64,000 nt of DNA from Sarea resinae (Eukaryota): positions 124,001 to 188,000 of the forward strand of contig JAPEUD010000017.1 in NCBI GenBank assembly GCA_026026165.1, written 5' to 3'. Every line of letters starts with the position of its first letter. The stretch's first letter is position 1. The translations under genes and the position numbers were made by a program. The notes below the pieces were generated by a model that did no database searches, had not been told where the DNA came from, and worked only from the letters and a program-made list of their open reading frames with translations. Positions 26,527 through 39,342 of the stretch are shown one piece after another.

Positions 26527-28224
26527 ATGCCTTTACGACTTCCCGCTCCCGTGTTGGCTGTCGATGCTGCTAAGATGCACAAAGTTGACACAAGCAATGT
26601 CGAGAACCTCTTTGGCATGTGGACTGGTAAGTTGACTCCTGACGTTGGATTGCATCGAGATGCTCACCAATCTCCCGCAGTCTTCTCAAAATGTGCAGAC
26701 TCCATGGAAGAAGGTCGCCGCTTAGAAAACTTGAGTTGGCGACTATGGAACCGAGAAACATTCTGTTGCGCGCCGCGACATGAAGGCCACGAAGACACCT
26801 TGCCAGTGCCTGTAAATGGCGAACGGTCACGGAGGCGGGAGTCTGATGCTATCCCTGAGCTATCAGGCAGCGTCGACTCTGCCCCTTCCGATGATGGTGA
26901 TAATATCGAGGGTCAAGCAAAGGCCATCTCTGCTCCTCTTGATATTGTCCGGCCGACAATATTAAGCCAAGATTCAGACACCCGGAGCAGAGGAAAAGAG
27001 AAGCATATCACGTCCCTCGATCTTGAGAAGATGGTCATGACCATCACCGAGAAGAAGGATCTCGAGCCATTATCACAGAAGTCAAGAATGCCATCGGCGC
27101 CAAAACCGACTGAAACCCTACCACGCTCCTCATCACCCAGGCCCACCACTAGAAGTTCGTCGTCTGCTGTCGCGATCGATAGCGCAGAAAGTGTCAACGC
27201 CGATTCGCCTGCGACAGGCTCTGACACTAGCGCAACTACAGACCTCAGTTCTCATAGTATCGTTCGTGGGTTTTCACCCGGACATATCTCATCCTCCTAT
27301 CGATCTCAGCCGTACTTCAGCCCGCCTCAGATGGCCTCCAAGTCTCCCAGTCCACCAAAGCCCGAGCCTCAGAAGAAGAAGGGTGGAATGTTCATCTTTG
27401 GCGGATCTTCAGGCGAAGAAGAAAGTTCGTTGGATGATCACATGGCTCGCAAGCAATCACGAAGCTCATTTGCAAATGGATTGAAGAAGAGCTTGGGTAA
27501 CAAGAAGCAAACGTCTTTCAAGGATGAGGTTTCTACCAGAACAATTAATGAGCAACCGCCTGACGTCTTCGAAGAGAGCGACGATGAGGATGATGGTGTT
27601 TCAGAGAGTGCGATTGACGATGAAGATGACGAGTCAGACTGGGAAGACTCTGCTACCGAGAGTGGTAGATCAAGCGTCGAAGACAAGCAAATGTTTCAAC
27701 GCGTGGACTCGAGACCTAATCTAACGTCCCGAAGATCGCTGTTGACCAATCTTTTACACCAACCCCAGCGTGCTGCAGCCCTGGCAAATGCGGCCTCAAG
27801 ATCAACACCCGCTATGGGACGGTCGCGAACGACTTCACCTAATGGTCCTTCCATTGCAACGTCACCCGAGGAAGAGCCCACATTGACAATGCGTAGTCCG
27901 GAAGTCCCGCGATCGAAACCGATCATCATGACAACTTCGAACACTCATCAACCGTCACAATTATCTCCTCGTACCACTCGACGCAATATGCTTGCTACCG
28001 AACTCACAGAATCACTTCGGAGGCACCTTCTTTGGGAACGTCAACAGAAGAGCACGACCGCCAACGCAGTACTCAAGCGAAGGCACACAGCCCACGATGT
28101 GGCGAATCTACAAGAGTACCCTGGACAGAAACCTCCAATGATGTCCAAGGACGCTTCGAAGAACAATTCCTGGAACCATTATTTCGACCACGGACTTGGA
28201 GAATACCATCAAAGGGGATGGTAG
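26527..28224 (+). CDS. DUF1752 (AreA N-terminal-like) + DUF3295 domain protein; intron 26627-26680
   Basis: LFGMWT|VFSKCADSMEEGRRLENLSWRLWNRE; C-terminal SPRTTRRNMLATELTESLRRHLLWERQQK and YHQRGW*. Confidence 0.88.
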   Translation: MPLRLPAPVLAVDAAKMHKVDTSNVENLFGMWTGKLTPDVGLHRDAHQSPAVFSKCADSMEEGRRLENLSWRLWNRETFCCAPRHEGHEDTLPVPVNGERSRRRESDAIPELSGSVDSAPSDDGDNIEGQAKAISAPLDIVRPTILSQDSDTRSRGKEKHITSLDLEKMVMTITEKKDLEPLSQKSRMPSAPKPTETLPRSSSPRPTTRSSSSAVAIDSAESVNADSPATGSDTSATTDLSSHSIVRGFSPGHISSSYRSQPYFSPPQMASKSPSPPKPEPQKKKGGMFIFGGSSGEEESSLDDHMARKQSRSSFANGLKKSLGNKKQTSFKDEVSTRTINEQPPDVFEESDDEDDGVSESAIDDEDDESDWEDSATESGRSSVEDKQMFQRVDSRPNLTSRRSLLTNLLHQPQRAAALANAASRSTPAMGRSRTTSPNGPSIATSPEEEPTLTMRSPEVPRSKPIIMTTSNTHQPSQLSPRTTRRNMLATELTESLRRHLLWERQQKSTTANAVLKRRHTAHDVANLQEYPGQKPPMMSKDASKNNSWNHYFDHGLGEYHQRGW

Positions 28225-30159
28225 AGCTTCGTCAGCGATCGTTTTGCTACATGGCTTATTCGCTTTTCCATGAACTGCAGTTGTCTCTCCGTTCTTACGA
28301 GCTGATACCCTCTGACGCGTTCCGTACCGACTTTTCCTTCCGTCTCCTTTTCCTCATATCATAGCGAGGTGGCGTCTTCAACTCAGCTGTTGCATTTGTC
28401 TTTTACTTCTTACAGGTATTTCGTGCCTTTTGTGGTGCAGGGGACAAAATCGGGGTCAGCTGCATTTCCTAATTGATACCAAAGCTTAGTGCTTCTCAGT
28501 GCGCGTGCATGCATTTCTGCATATTTCCAGTCAGCCATAGGAGGAGCATTTTCAACTGGTGGACAAAGCAAGCCTTTGTGGGACAAGCATCTTACTCTCG
28601 CAACAGGGTTCGAGACGCCTATCATGGGCCTGTGATGCTCGCTATATCTGTACCACTATTGGCTAGTAATTTATGTAAATCTACTACTCTGGACAAGAAT
28701 GGCCGTATTGCTAGACTCGCGTGTTCTCCAGTGCCTTGTCGGTCCGTGAATCAAGGGAGAATCCAGAACACGAGCTCGGGAAGGAGGAATTCGCTCACCA
28801 GAGAGATAGTCAAGGGGATAGGACAGTTCGTTGAAAAGAAACATTAATTGGCGCAGACTTGATTGCAGGGAGACTCGATCAATTCTCTCGTTATCCACCG
28901 CTGGTCGAGAATGGGTTAGAATAGAGACGGCGATCTCCGTATCCTCTGGACCCTTTGGACCTATGACTAACGGGATCTTTTGTCGTCCAGCTCCAGGCGT
29001 TCACTGCCTCGCGCGGCCTTACCGGTCCGCCCCACTTGCAGGAAAACATCAACGATCCAAGGCCAGTGATTCGAGCGCAAGAATGATGAGTGGTGGGCAA
29101 CTGAGAGTGTCATGACAGGCAACAAAGTTGCGCCTCTTTGTAAATAGAACGTACCGACTAGGGACCTGAGGCAGGGAATGTGCCGGACAGACGAAAAGCT
29201 CTTACCGCCTTTCTGAATCAGCGGGTAACCGCAGAAATGAAGGTACTGGTACTCTATTGGCAGGCCCTTCTGGGCCGTCGAGTGCATACCTTAGTAATGT
29301 ACTCTGTACCTACGGAGTAGTAGGAGGTCAAGTCCGGCCGAGCGTTTAGCAACTTTCTTTGAAGGCGAGGTACCTTAGTCATATCTGAAGGCCAAAGCTT
29401 AGGTCAAGTTGCAGCGTAGACTGCCATCGCCGTCGTTGAGATTCTCATCTCATCCGCATGGAAGGGATCACGACGGCACTAAGGAACAAGCAGCCGTTGC
29501 TCTGTTTTCCTGGCAATAGACTGCCGTATCTCGGTAGATTCACGTCATGACCTCGAGGACGTCGGATGGGTTAGAGCAAAGGTGTACAAACGCAAGTCCA
29601 TCAATGTCTATCGATGTCCCTCCTTCTGTATGGTCCGTCGATTCTACTCCTGCATCCAGAATGATCAGAGACTTACGCATATGAGCCAAAGCCTGTCCTC
29701 TCAGCTTTGTCGCTGTATTGTCGCAACAGAAGGCAGGGAGGGAGGTAGGGAGGTCGCCAGCTGATGATTGCTGCGTTGTTGGATCGCTTTGCCGCCGTGA
29801 CTCATCACATCGTGGCAATCTAATACTGCAACAGCCTTCGTGACAGCAGCGGACTCAGCGGTCTCGTGTGCATTCCTGTCCTTCCTACAGTAGCCCTATC
29901 GTCGCAATTCCTGTAAAGGCAGATTACTCTGCCGTAGACGTTGCGAGCATGCTGTGTTTGACGCCCAAGATTGAATTTGCCATATCTGCAGCTGACCGGA
30001 GCTGACCATTGCTGGGAAATTTGGAGAAGCGGAGATCTCCTCCACTTTTTGATCGTCATATGTCATGAACTACTATGTATGCATCTACCTTACCTTATTC
30101 ATAGCCACGCGACGTGCCGATAAACGTGGGATCTACAGCTTCTTCGAAAGAAAGTAAAT

Positions 30160-33100
30160 ATGGACATCAGTCCTGACAGCACAAGCGCCGGCAAACCAGG
30201 TGTGTGTCTGATGCGTTGGCAAGCCCTCATGTTTACTCTGGTCATCTGCTCACTCAGCAAGTCACGGCAACCTCTGCGTTGGCATCAACGACATCTCGGT
30301 CCCAGAACACTCCCCACCGCGGTAAAAAAAGACAGCAACTCTGTCGCTATTTCAATACTAGCAAAGGTAATCTCAGTATTACGTTCTTGCGATCCTGTCC
30401 TTGCGTTCGTTCTTTTCTTCATGTGGGGGGTGCCGCTGCATCTGCATTGAAGCGACATGTGATCCAAGAGCTCCACGATAGGCCTCGAGCTGACAGGCCA
30501 TTGTGAGGCTGAGTAGGATGCCGAGCTGGCGATTCTTGTCCATTCATCCATGATGCTGCAGGGCCTCACGATGAGCCCGGGGTTACCCGATATTTACAAG
30601 AAGTCCCTGCCGGTGGCCAGGAAGATGTGTCCTTGGTGTCTCAACAGCCATCCTCGGAAACCCGTCGGTACTCGCCGCCAAGAGTGGAAAGATCCCGCGT
30701 GGTTCAGAAGCCACTTACCCGCACGCAAGCGGATGACCCCAGAGGCTTCCAGCTCCAGCAGCTTCGGCGGCGATTCTCTCCAAAGGAATCGATAAGTGAT
30801 GGATTTACGGTTCTGACTTTTGACCTGAACCCTTCAGACCCCGATTTTCCGTATGACATCAATGCTTTAGAATGTGTCCTTCGCGTCCCTTTGGACTATC
30901 CCGCACAGAGAAAGCCTCAATTGAAAGTCTCTAACAAAGAGATGGAAAGGGGCTACCAGATCAATGTGGAGAGAGGTTTTGACACTCTCGCGGAACAAGC
31001 CTCTCACCCAACACTGCTTGGATTAATGAATGCACTTGACAAGAATCTTGAGACACTCCTTTCTCTGCCCAAAGCAGATACTGTCAAGCTCATCTCGAAT
31101 CTTGACTCATCCGAATTGACGAGACAGCCTCCAGCAACGATGGAACCTCCGACTGTAGCAAAACCAGCCCTTGTTCCGAGAGCTGTAACGAGTTCATCGG
31201 TTGCTCCTAACTTGAGGCCAACATTCAGCCCGGGCCAGAAAGAGCAAGCTAATCACATACGCAATGGAGAACTCAGGCAGCTTGAAGCCAGGTTGGGAAG
31301 GTTGCCCTTATATTCGAAAGTATCAGAAAATGCATATCTCATCCCAATAGAGCCTCGCAAACGGAATGAGCTTCCAGTGCCTCTTCAAGGTGTCAAGACC
31401 GTCAAATTATTCGTTCCTACGCTCTACAATCTAGAACCTTGCACATTGCAGCTTGTTGGAATTGACCCCAGCGTAGCGAAGAAAACAGAAAAAGCTTTTG
31501 AAGAAAGGGCGAGAAGCAACCCAGAAATAAGCATTCTAGGCCACATCAACTATCTATCGCAAAGCATGCATATCATGGCAACGGAACCAGATATTCCAGA
31601 GGTTTTACCTTCACCAAAAGCTGCTAAAGCCCCTGAATCTGTCGTTGCGGAATTCCCCAGTCAGGCTGTCGAGCCTTTGCCAAAAGATGGGGAAATTCTT
31701 CATGACCGCAGTCACATCAAATTTATTGCTCGTCCGCCCGAATGGACTGCAGGCGAGACCAATGCTGAAGAAACAGATAGCGAGTATTCATCCTGGGGAA
31801 GCGGTGATGACTCAGAAGACGAGGTCTCCGATGAAGCTTCCGAGACTCGTCCGGAAAAGACAACAAAAGCTGCCGAACGAGGAATACTACTGTCATTCCC
31901 CTATCTCGAGTTGTACGGAATTGAGCTCCTCGAGCTCTTCTCTCTGAGCATCACTATCAAGTGTGAGCGGTGCAAAGACTGCATGGATGTTCCCAACCTC
32001 AAAGATAATGTGAAGCACGATACTTCGGGTCTTCGATCGGAGTCTTGCAAGAAATGTGCGAATGGATTGAGCATAGGTGATTTTACGCATTTATTGTTTA
32101 CAGTCAAAGAAAAATTCTCAAAATCGTTCTAGGCTATCGAAAAGAGTTAATGCACGCGAATTCAGTACGTGCCGGCTATTTGGATCTAAATGGATGTACT
32201 GTCGTCGATCTTCTGCCAAGGTATTGCTTTCTATTGTTTTCCTTGATACGTTGGTATGAATACCGGCATTTCTTACTCGAAATAGTACTTTTATTCCAAC
32301 TTGCTCTGAATGCTCAACACCTTATCCCTCTTCAGGTGTCACTTCAGTACGGGGAGAATCGACTGTAGCTGTCTGCAGGCAATGCCACAGAAAGATGAGT
32401 ATGCTAGATTGACCACAATTCGCACTAGCAATCTTGGAGATTTCAACTAACACATAGCAGCTTTCAAGATACCCGAAGTCAAGTTTCTCATTATCAGTGC
32501 GGCAGCTGGTAAGGTCCTCTCCAGATTATTTGCCGAACGCCAAATGCCTGGGAAGATCTAACCGTTTGAGTCAAACAGTGCGCTCTGATCGATTTCCTCT
32601 GAAGAAAAAGGTGTGGACCCTGCTCTCGGTGATGACCACTTATGACATCAACAAAAACCTTGCCAATTGAAGCGCTGCGATGGGATTCATGGGAAGCCCC
32701 AGTTCGGATGCTAACGCCCGCTTACAGCTAAATGAAAGATTGGGTATTGTTGCCGGCCAGGAGCTACCGAGACGCGGCCGGTGTTCGCATTACAGCAAGA
32801 GCTACCGCTGGTTCAGGTACGCCGGAAAACCAAATTAACAACCTTACCTCACCCACGTCCTGTATGGAGGTCGCAGGGATCCACTAACGCCAACGTCGCC
32901 TCTCACAGATTCAGTTGTTGTTCGAAGGTTTTCGCTTGCGACAAGTGAGAGAAGATGCATTGAGCTACATGCATTAGCTGCGAGTGCTCACATATTGCAT
33001 CTTAGGTGCCATGACGAAGCCAGTGATCATCCCAACGAACACGCCAATCGGATGATTTGGTAAGCTTTTCCTCCTTCATCTCCTCTGATGGACAAAGAGG

Positions 33101-34104
33101 TCCTTGTAACGGTTGCTAACGAGAAATTACATCACCAGTGGATTTTGTAAGCAAAAGGCTTCCCGCCATCCCCAGCTGATGACCTCAAATTCTGTTCTAT
33201 GCAAATCTCGAAAGTACACGGAGCAGGAAAACAAGCAGAGCACCCGCAGCTGACATTTAGGGCTGGTGGCATCTTTGCCCGACGCCCCACGTTCCAGGTT
33301 CACGCGAGCAGAACTATCGTCCGGAGGATTGTGGGGTGTGCCATTCGAAGTTGACGGGAAAGGCGGGGAGTGGTTTCTGGGAAGGTGGAAAAGGTACGTT
33401 CTACTCACTAAGCGCGTTCTGCCTAGTCGAGTTATGGATACTCGTTCCGATATTAGCGTCCGCTTTACCCCGGACTCTCTCCGCAAAACTGAGGTACTTC
33501 GTACCGTGCTCTGGACTGACGTAGTTTCCTCCACCCGCCCCCACTATATTTCGTTTGTTCTGTCACATATCTACCTGCATATCACTCGAATTCATTGCTT
33601 TTTTCTCCAGGGCGCCTAAATAGCAGCCTGATTACTACAAACTCACTGTACTCCTCTCTATCACTCCCTGCTACCGCTTAATTCCTATGCTTGGTTTTCC
33701 GCAATTTTCCGATTCGAAATCTCCTATGCCGTCATCGTCGCCGACAAGATCTACTCCTCTCGACCCCCTTTGACTCCACTCTCTTCCGTTCCCATGCCGA
33801 TTTTATCAGAAGTTAGTACAAATGATGAGGCTAATTATTATACCCTTGCGACTATCTAGGCACGCGAGATAAGACAAAAATGTCACGGAAAGGCACGTCT
33901 CGAGTACCCCACAGCTGCTCTTCCCTATCCTTCGTAGTTTTACCTTACTCGAACGTCAAGGAAGCGCCAGCATCTTGCAGCACTAGATGAGACATGATCT
34001 CGAGCCTGTACCGCACCCCTATCTACGAATGGAGAGCTAACCATGGCCATTTCTGTATTTTAGATCCGAGGAAATACAAACGACGAGGTAAGCCGGTGGG
34101 TTGA
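30160..34104 (+). CDS. CCCH + CHY zinc-finger protein, highly fragmented (>12 exons)
   Basis: Spliced CRYFNTSKGCRAGDSCPFIH (CCCH), PSDPDFPYD, GRCSHYSKSYRWFRFSCCSKVFACDKCHD (CHY), ICGFCSREQ, FWEGGKGTRDKTKMSRKDPRKYKRR. Confidence 0.85.
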
Positions 34105-34706
34105 TTGATTCATTGTTTGACTCATTAGTCGGGTGATTGAATTGATTGATCGAGCGATCAAGCTGAGAAGGGCATTGTGTACCAATCATCAAGGAATAGT
34201 ATAGTATTGCAACACTAGAAGAAGAAGTCCAAATGAAAGGACGTTGCTCTTGAATTAAGACACGTTCTATTTCCTGGTATTGTGTGTATCGTCTTGTGGA
34301 ATATTCACTGCACTGCACAGAGGCGTAATTCGTAATTGTATTCTCGTTCCATCCAGACACTCAAATGGCTCTCTCATTGGTGTCACCTTCATGCTGCGCC
34401 ACGGCTTCCATACTTCGAACTCGCAACATTCGATCTGCAACATTTAGAGTACCACCTTGGCCTGTTTAGTCACTTGCTCGCTCACCCTATCCTCTTCCTC
34501 TCGAGACTGAGTAGTCGCCCCGTCGGCCCGGGGAGAGAATACAATTAGACAGACAATAGAAGAGCAGCCCGCTCTATTGACTACAGAACCAACGCCCACC
34601 ACAATGCTTCCAACAAAAGGCGAGAAAGAGATGAGAAGAAAGAAGAAGCTCGCTCGCCGCGTGCCTGACAAATAAGAAAAAAGAGTAGGACAGGGAAATA
34701 TGCAAG

Positions 34707-37700
34707 TCATCGGGCGCTAGACCTCACGTAGAATACAATGTACGCAAGCTCGTTTTGGAGTCTTTCGGATTTAGGTAGTTTGGTGGGAATGAAGTCGTCG
34801 ACTCTATGATCGTTGAAGGATCGCCAACACTGCCGCCCGCCATCCCGGGCGAGTGCAATATAATGGCCCGAGTTGAGTGTTGAGCCGTGATGCCGTAGGA
34901 CGGCATAGGCATCGTAAAGGTACGGCGGTGTCGTTGCGGCATCTCCTTGCAAGCTTTCACCTGTAGGGTATGTGGCGGCCACTTCTTGGGCAACCTCGGG
35001 AGTAATGGGAGGGATCATAAAAGGCTCGAGGTTTAGGCCATGGAGAGGGAAATCGATTGGAGTGCGGACTTTGCGCGCTCTCTCGGTTTTGGAAGCCGAG
35101 AACCGCTTGAAGTGAATTACCAAGAATTGAGGAGCTCGCGTAATAGTGATTTGCTTCGTGGCTTCGCGCTCACATTTGCAGTGTGGACACTTCCATACTT
35201 CATCCCCGCTAAGTCTCTCCTCTTGGCAGTAGCTGCGTAGGCAGTCTCTGATATTCCCAGCACCAGAGCGGGGAATCTCCACACTGATCGAGTAAAAAGC
35301 CTCGTACGTTGTCGATGTCCTCTTGCAAGTCGTGCACTGCAAACGGCTGGCATGTTGGCCTGCAAAGAGACTTGAGATGAAGGATGATTCTCTGTGGCAA
35401 TAGCGATCCCATTCAACTTTGGAGACTAGATGCATGGGCATGCGCTCCCGCTTCATCTCTTGCTCCGCAGTAAGCTGGCGTAGTGGCGTCCGAGACCAAT
35501 TAATGTTGAGGTCCTCATGAAGACAATCAATAAGAAAGTCGAAAAACTCTTTTGCATCCTGCTGCCTTTCGATGCCCCACTCTCTATTCAATCGAGCGCA
35601 AAAGTTCTGTGATAAACATGAGCGGTAGAAAAACGAAGAGCGGGGGGAAGTCATCTCTTACTCTGAAAGATAATGGGCGAATAGCCTCGTAATCCCCCTT
35701 CCAGAGACTGCGCACCAGGTTTGCATAGAACTCAGGCATCACACCCTGGGAGCCTTTCCAATTCCTTTGAACGGAGCCCCGATAAACACCGGAAAGAAAA
35801 AATTTAGATAAAGGTATAGTCGCGTTCAAGCATTGAATAATGGCATTCATATAGCATGTCACACTAAAATTCATGAGCCCTGTCCGGGGGAGTTTAATCG
35901 CCATAGTGCCATTATTGGCATGAGTGTCATAGAGAGGAGGAGCTGGTGTATTTGCGGGTCGCGATGGTGGACCAGGGTGCAGTGATGATCTTTCAGACAC
36001 ACCACTATAGCTGGTTCGTGGTACAGCAGGAGGTGGACGAGATGGTGCCGTTGGCAAATTCGATGGAGATTCATGATACGCCGGTTGTATAGGCAAAGGT
36101 TGCGGTGGTGGCGGTGAACTCATTGATTGTTGCACGTCCTGGGGCTCTGGGAACCGTCGGAGAAACTCCTCATAGTTGTGGACTATCGGAATAGCTTCAT
36201 CCGCAGGCGTCCTGACTGGTTCCACATCTTGATCGGTGTCAGCTTCCTGCCCTTCAGTCGAAGGACCGCTCTCCGTTCGAGCCTGTTCCAGCCAAGCCCT
36301 CTCCTCTTCAGCGTTCAAGGGATTGTATTCACGAACACGTTGTCTCTTTACCTGCAAACTGGAGGTCGTGCTTGCCATTGGGACCCTGCCAATAGGTCTG
36401 CTCTTCTTTCCCGGCCCAATACTACCTTTGTTGCCAGAACTCATCGTATCAGATATGCTGAGTGCTTGTGCACCAACGAGGTCTATCCAAGCCTCAAGTC
36501 CGCCGGCGAGAAGGATCGGTGGTCTCCGTAAATGCTTCTCGAAACTGAACTCGTAGAGGGCAGCATGTAAAGCCTTCAGTGCGAGAGCTTCAGAGTTACT
36601 TGGAGCATTACTCAGGTATTGGTTTGAACTTGTCGATTGGCCATAGTAAACAACAAGATCGAATTGGTCTCTCCGTTCGAACAAGGCTTGTTCCACGTCT
36701 GGCGAAATCACAAGTCGCTCTTCAAGCTCTTCAGCGGACATATCGATTCGCAGGGCGGCCGGCTCGATACACATGACCGATTGTGCAAAAATATGGCCAC
36801 GATCGAAGTCTTCCCGACTTCGGACATCGACCAGCAAGATATTAAATAGTTTAAGATAATCGTAAAGCTTTTCCGCCGTAATCACCGTCTCACGCGGTAA
36901 ATCCTCGGAGCTCCGTTCTGGGGTCGGCGTTGTTTGTGACTCGTAGCTGGACTTGGGAAAATAGGAATTCGTTGAATTCGAGTCACCATTGAACACAGGA
37001 GAATGTGAAGGAGCGCTAGATGAAGCTATGGAGTTAGTTCGCCCACCTGTGCCAATTATGCTCCTTGCAGATGTCCTGGGAGGATTGATGCTTGCGGGAG
37101 AGGGTAGATTTCTAGCTGGACTGTAGGTCGGACTTGGAGCTCTTGGCATTGGGACCACAAATTGAGTATCCAAAGGGACTTTGGGTGGATGGGGAGGCCC
37201 ACCGGAGGCTGTGGGCATACTCCTTGGACCTATAATCCGTCCCGACCGAGGCGGGCTCGTACCAGAGGCAGCCATGAAGGGTTGCGGCGAGAGGTTCAGA
37301 TGCCTTGGAGGTGTAACATTCGAAGGCTTGTCTTGTCTTAAGTCCGCCATATGGGATAAGGCTGGCACACTAGGCTGTCCGTTCGAAGACTCTGCCGAAC
37401 TCGAACCAGGGCTAGCGTCCCGGTTTCTCAGTTTCGCAAAGCGTTCTGCAAGAATATCCGTCGGATTAGAGCTCGAACGTTCATTCAGACTGGCAGCCCT
37501 CCCAAGCAATCTCTCAGGCTTTGGTGAAGCCGCTGGTTTTGCCCGGCCAAAAGCCGGAGAGTGTGAGGATGCATCACGGCTAAAGCCACGATCAGCGGCT
37601 GCTCCAACCGGCTTTCGGCGTGGAGGTGAAGGAGTCCTGGAATTCCCAGCAGTCGATACTCCATTTGATAAAGGCATTGCATTATCGCGTAGGCCACCGG

Positions 37701-38429
37701 CTTGGAAGGACAGCGGCCTGGGAGATGGTCCGCTGCGCACGATATCTGCTAGCGGCTCACCAAGAAGCGGTTTTGGTTGAACACCGCTCTGTAAGTTGTC
37801 TTCTATGATGGCCTCCTTGACATGATCGAACTTTGGATGTTGTGAATCAATTTTCTACTCACTGGTTAGCTGTCTCGATCATATAAGTCGATATTGTGTC
37901 CGAGGTTGGTCTCACGCACTTTGATTACAGCTTTGTTGAGACGCCAAAGCGTACCGCGATCGCCATTTAGAGACGGGGCATCCTTGTGAGTCGGTATCAC
38001 TTTTGCCATGATATGCGAAGCTCTCAAATACTCTACATAGGCCAAATCTGGCCTTCGAAAATCCAGGTAGCTGTCTGCCTGCTTTGCCGATTGTTCGGCA
38101 TACTGCAGGAGTTTCCCTATCTATTTCGCAGGCAGGTTAGTGTTTCAGTCTGATGCCTAGCCAATGCCCACCAACAGCTGCATCCTCTCGGAAGGTGTCA
38201 AGCTTACCGACATGTAGGGATCTACTTGGGAAGTTGCCTGGGCCGCTAGATCCTTGATATGAGGATATCTTCGCCCCGGGGTACCCTTCCCAGGCGTGTT
38301 CCCAGCATCTTCACCATTGTCAAGACCTCTTGGCTCCTCCGCGAACGACCGTCCTAGGATCTCAGTTCCATTCATCATGGACTCTGGAGACTGACTCGAA
38401 GAAATCCAGGTGAGGCCACTGGCACTCAT
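34707..38429 (-). CDS. DOA4: Ubiquitin C-terminal hydrolase, Doa4/USP8-like (N-terminal USP8-type region, rhodanese, C19 peptidase)
   Basis: Cys box TGLMNFSVTCYMNAIIQCL, QQDAKEFF, His box HHGSTLNSGHYIA, rhodanese LLVDVRSREDFDRGHI. Several introns; start approximate. Confidence 0.88.
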
Positions 38430-39096
38430 GATTGCCGCTCGTCAGAGAAACCAACTCGTCGCGACATGTCGCAATCTGTGAGGACCTTAAAATAGAAATG
38501 ACAGAGTCCACCGGTCGACGACTGGAAAAGAGGGATTCCGACTGCCCGGGAGGTGGTGATGCGATCTGTCAACAGTCTGGTCTTGGAGACGATTGTAGCC
38601 CCCTCTAACAATCCCGGGAGTGTTGGAGGAGGGGTTGATAGTCGAACTTCCGTCGGTAGGCGCAGAGTAGCGATGAAACTTGGAATGCAAGAGTCCAAAC
38701 AGTGGTTTCGACGTTCGAGGCGTGGAGATATCTTTGGTGCGATGGTGACCAAGGTGGTCATACGGATGTGGAGTTGGCGGAAGGCTGCTGCGTCTGTTGT
38801 CTATCCTGTCCGGGCCCAGTGGTCGAAGGTGAAGCGCCACCAGCTACCAGCATCGCTGCCCTGCTGCTCGCTCGCTGTGGCTCCGTCACCGCCCACCGCT
38901 AAAGGTTCACGTCTACGAAAAGGTACTTCGCAGGAACCTCCCTGAGCTCGCCAAACCCGCCAGACATCAACCTTCCAGACATCCCACAGGCCACGTTAGA
39001 CCGCTCGACCCCGGCCATCTTGTAGCGGCAGGTAACGTCAAGTACCGTCAGGTAACGTAACGTAACATAACGCAACGCTTCTCCAGTACTGCGGAA

Positions 39097-39158
39097 ACCT
39101 ACCTACTACTTACCTTGCCTACCTTACCTACCTTACCTACCTTACCTACCTACCTACT
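39097..39158. repeat. TACC/TACCT low-complexity repeat in the DOA4-VPS27 divergent promoter
   Basis: acctacctacttaccttgcctaccttacctacc... directly visible. Confidence 0.8.
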
Positions 39159-39342
39159 TGCCGGCCTTAGATATCAGTCTCTCTCCTCTAGAACCATTCA
39201 CTACGAGGCACTCCCCTTCAGTGTCATACTATCATTTTTGGGCCAGTCGAGCATCCTCCGTGCAGCCAACGACATTTCATCATCTAGAGGTTCCCCACGT
39301 GCAAGCTGCTCGGACGTGACGGCAGCCTAATCATTCGGCTTC

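Noticed and set aside
37181..37780. Long antisense ORFs over real genes (also 2166-2582 and 54064-54720)
   Set aside because: Shadow frames of opposite-strand coding sequence.
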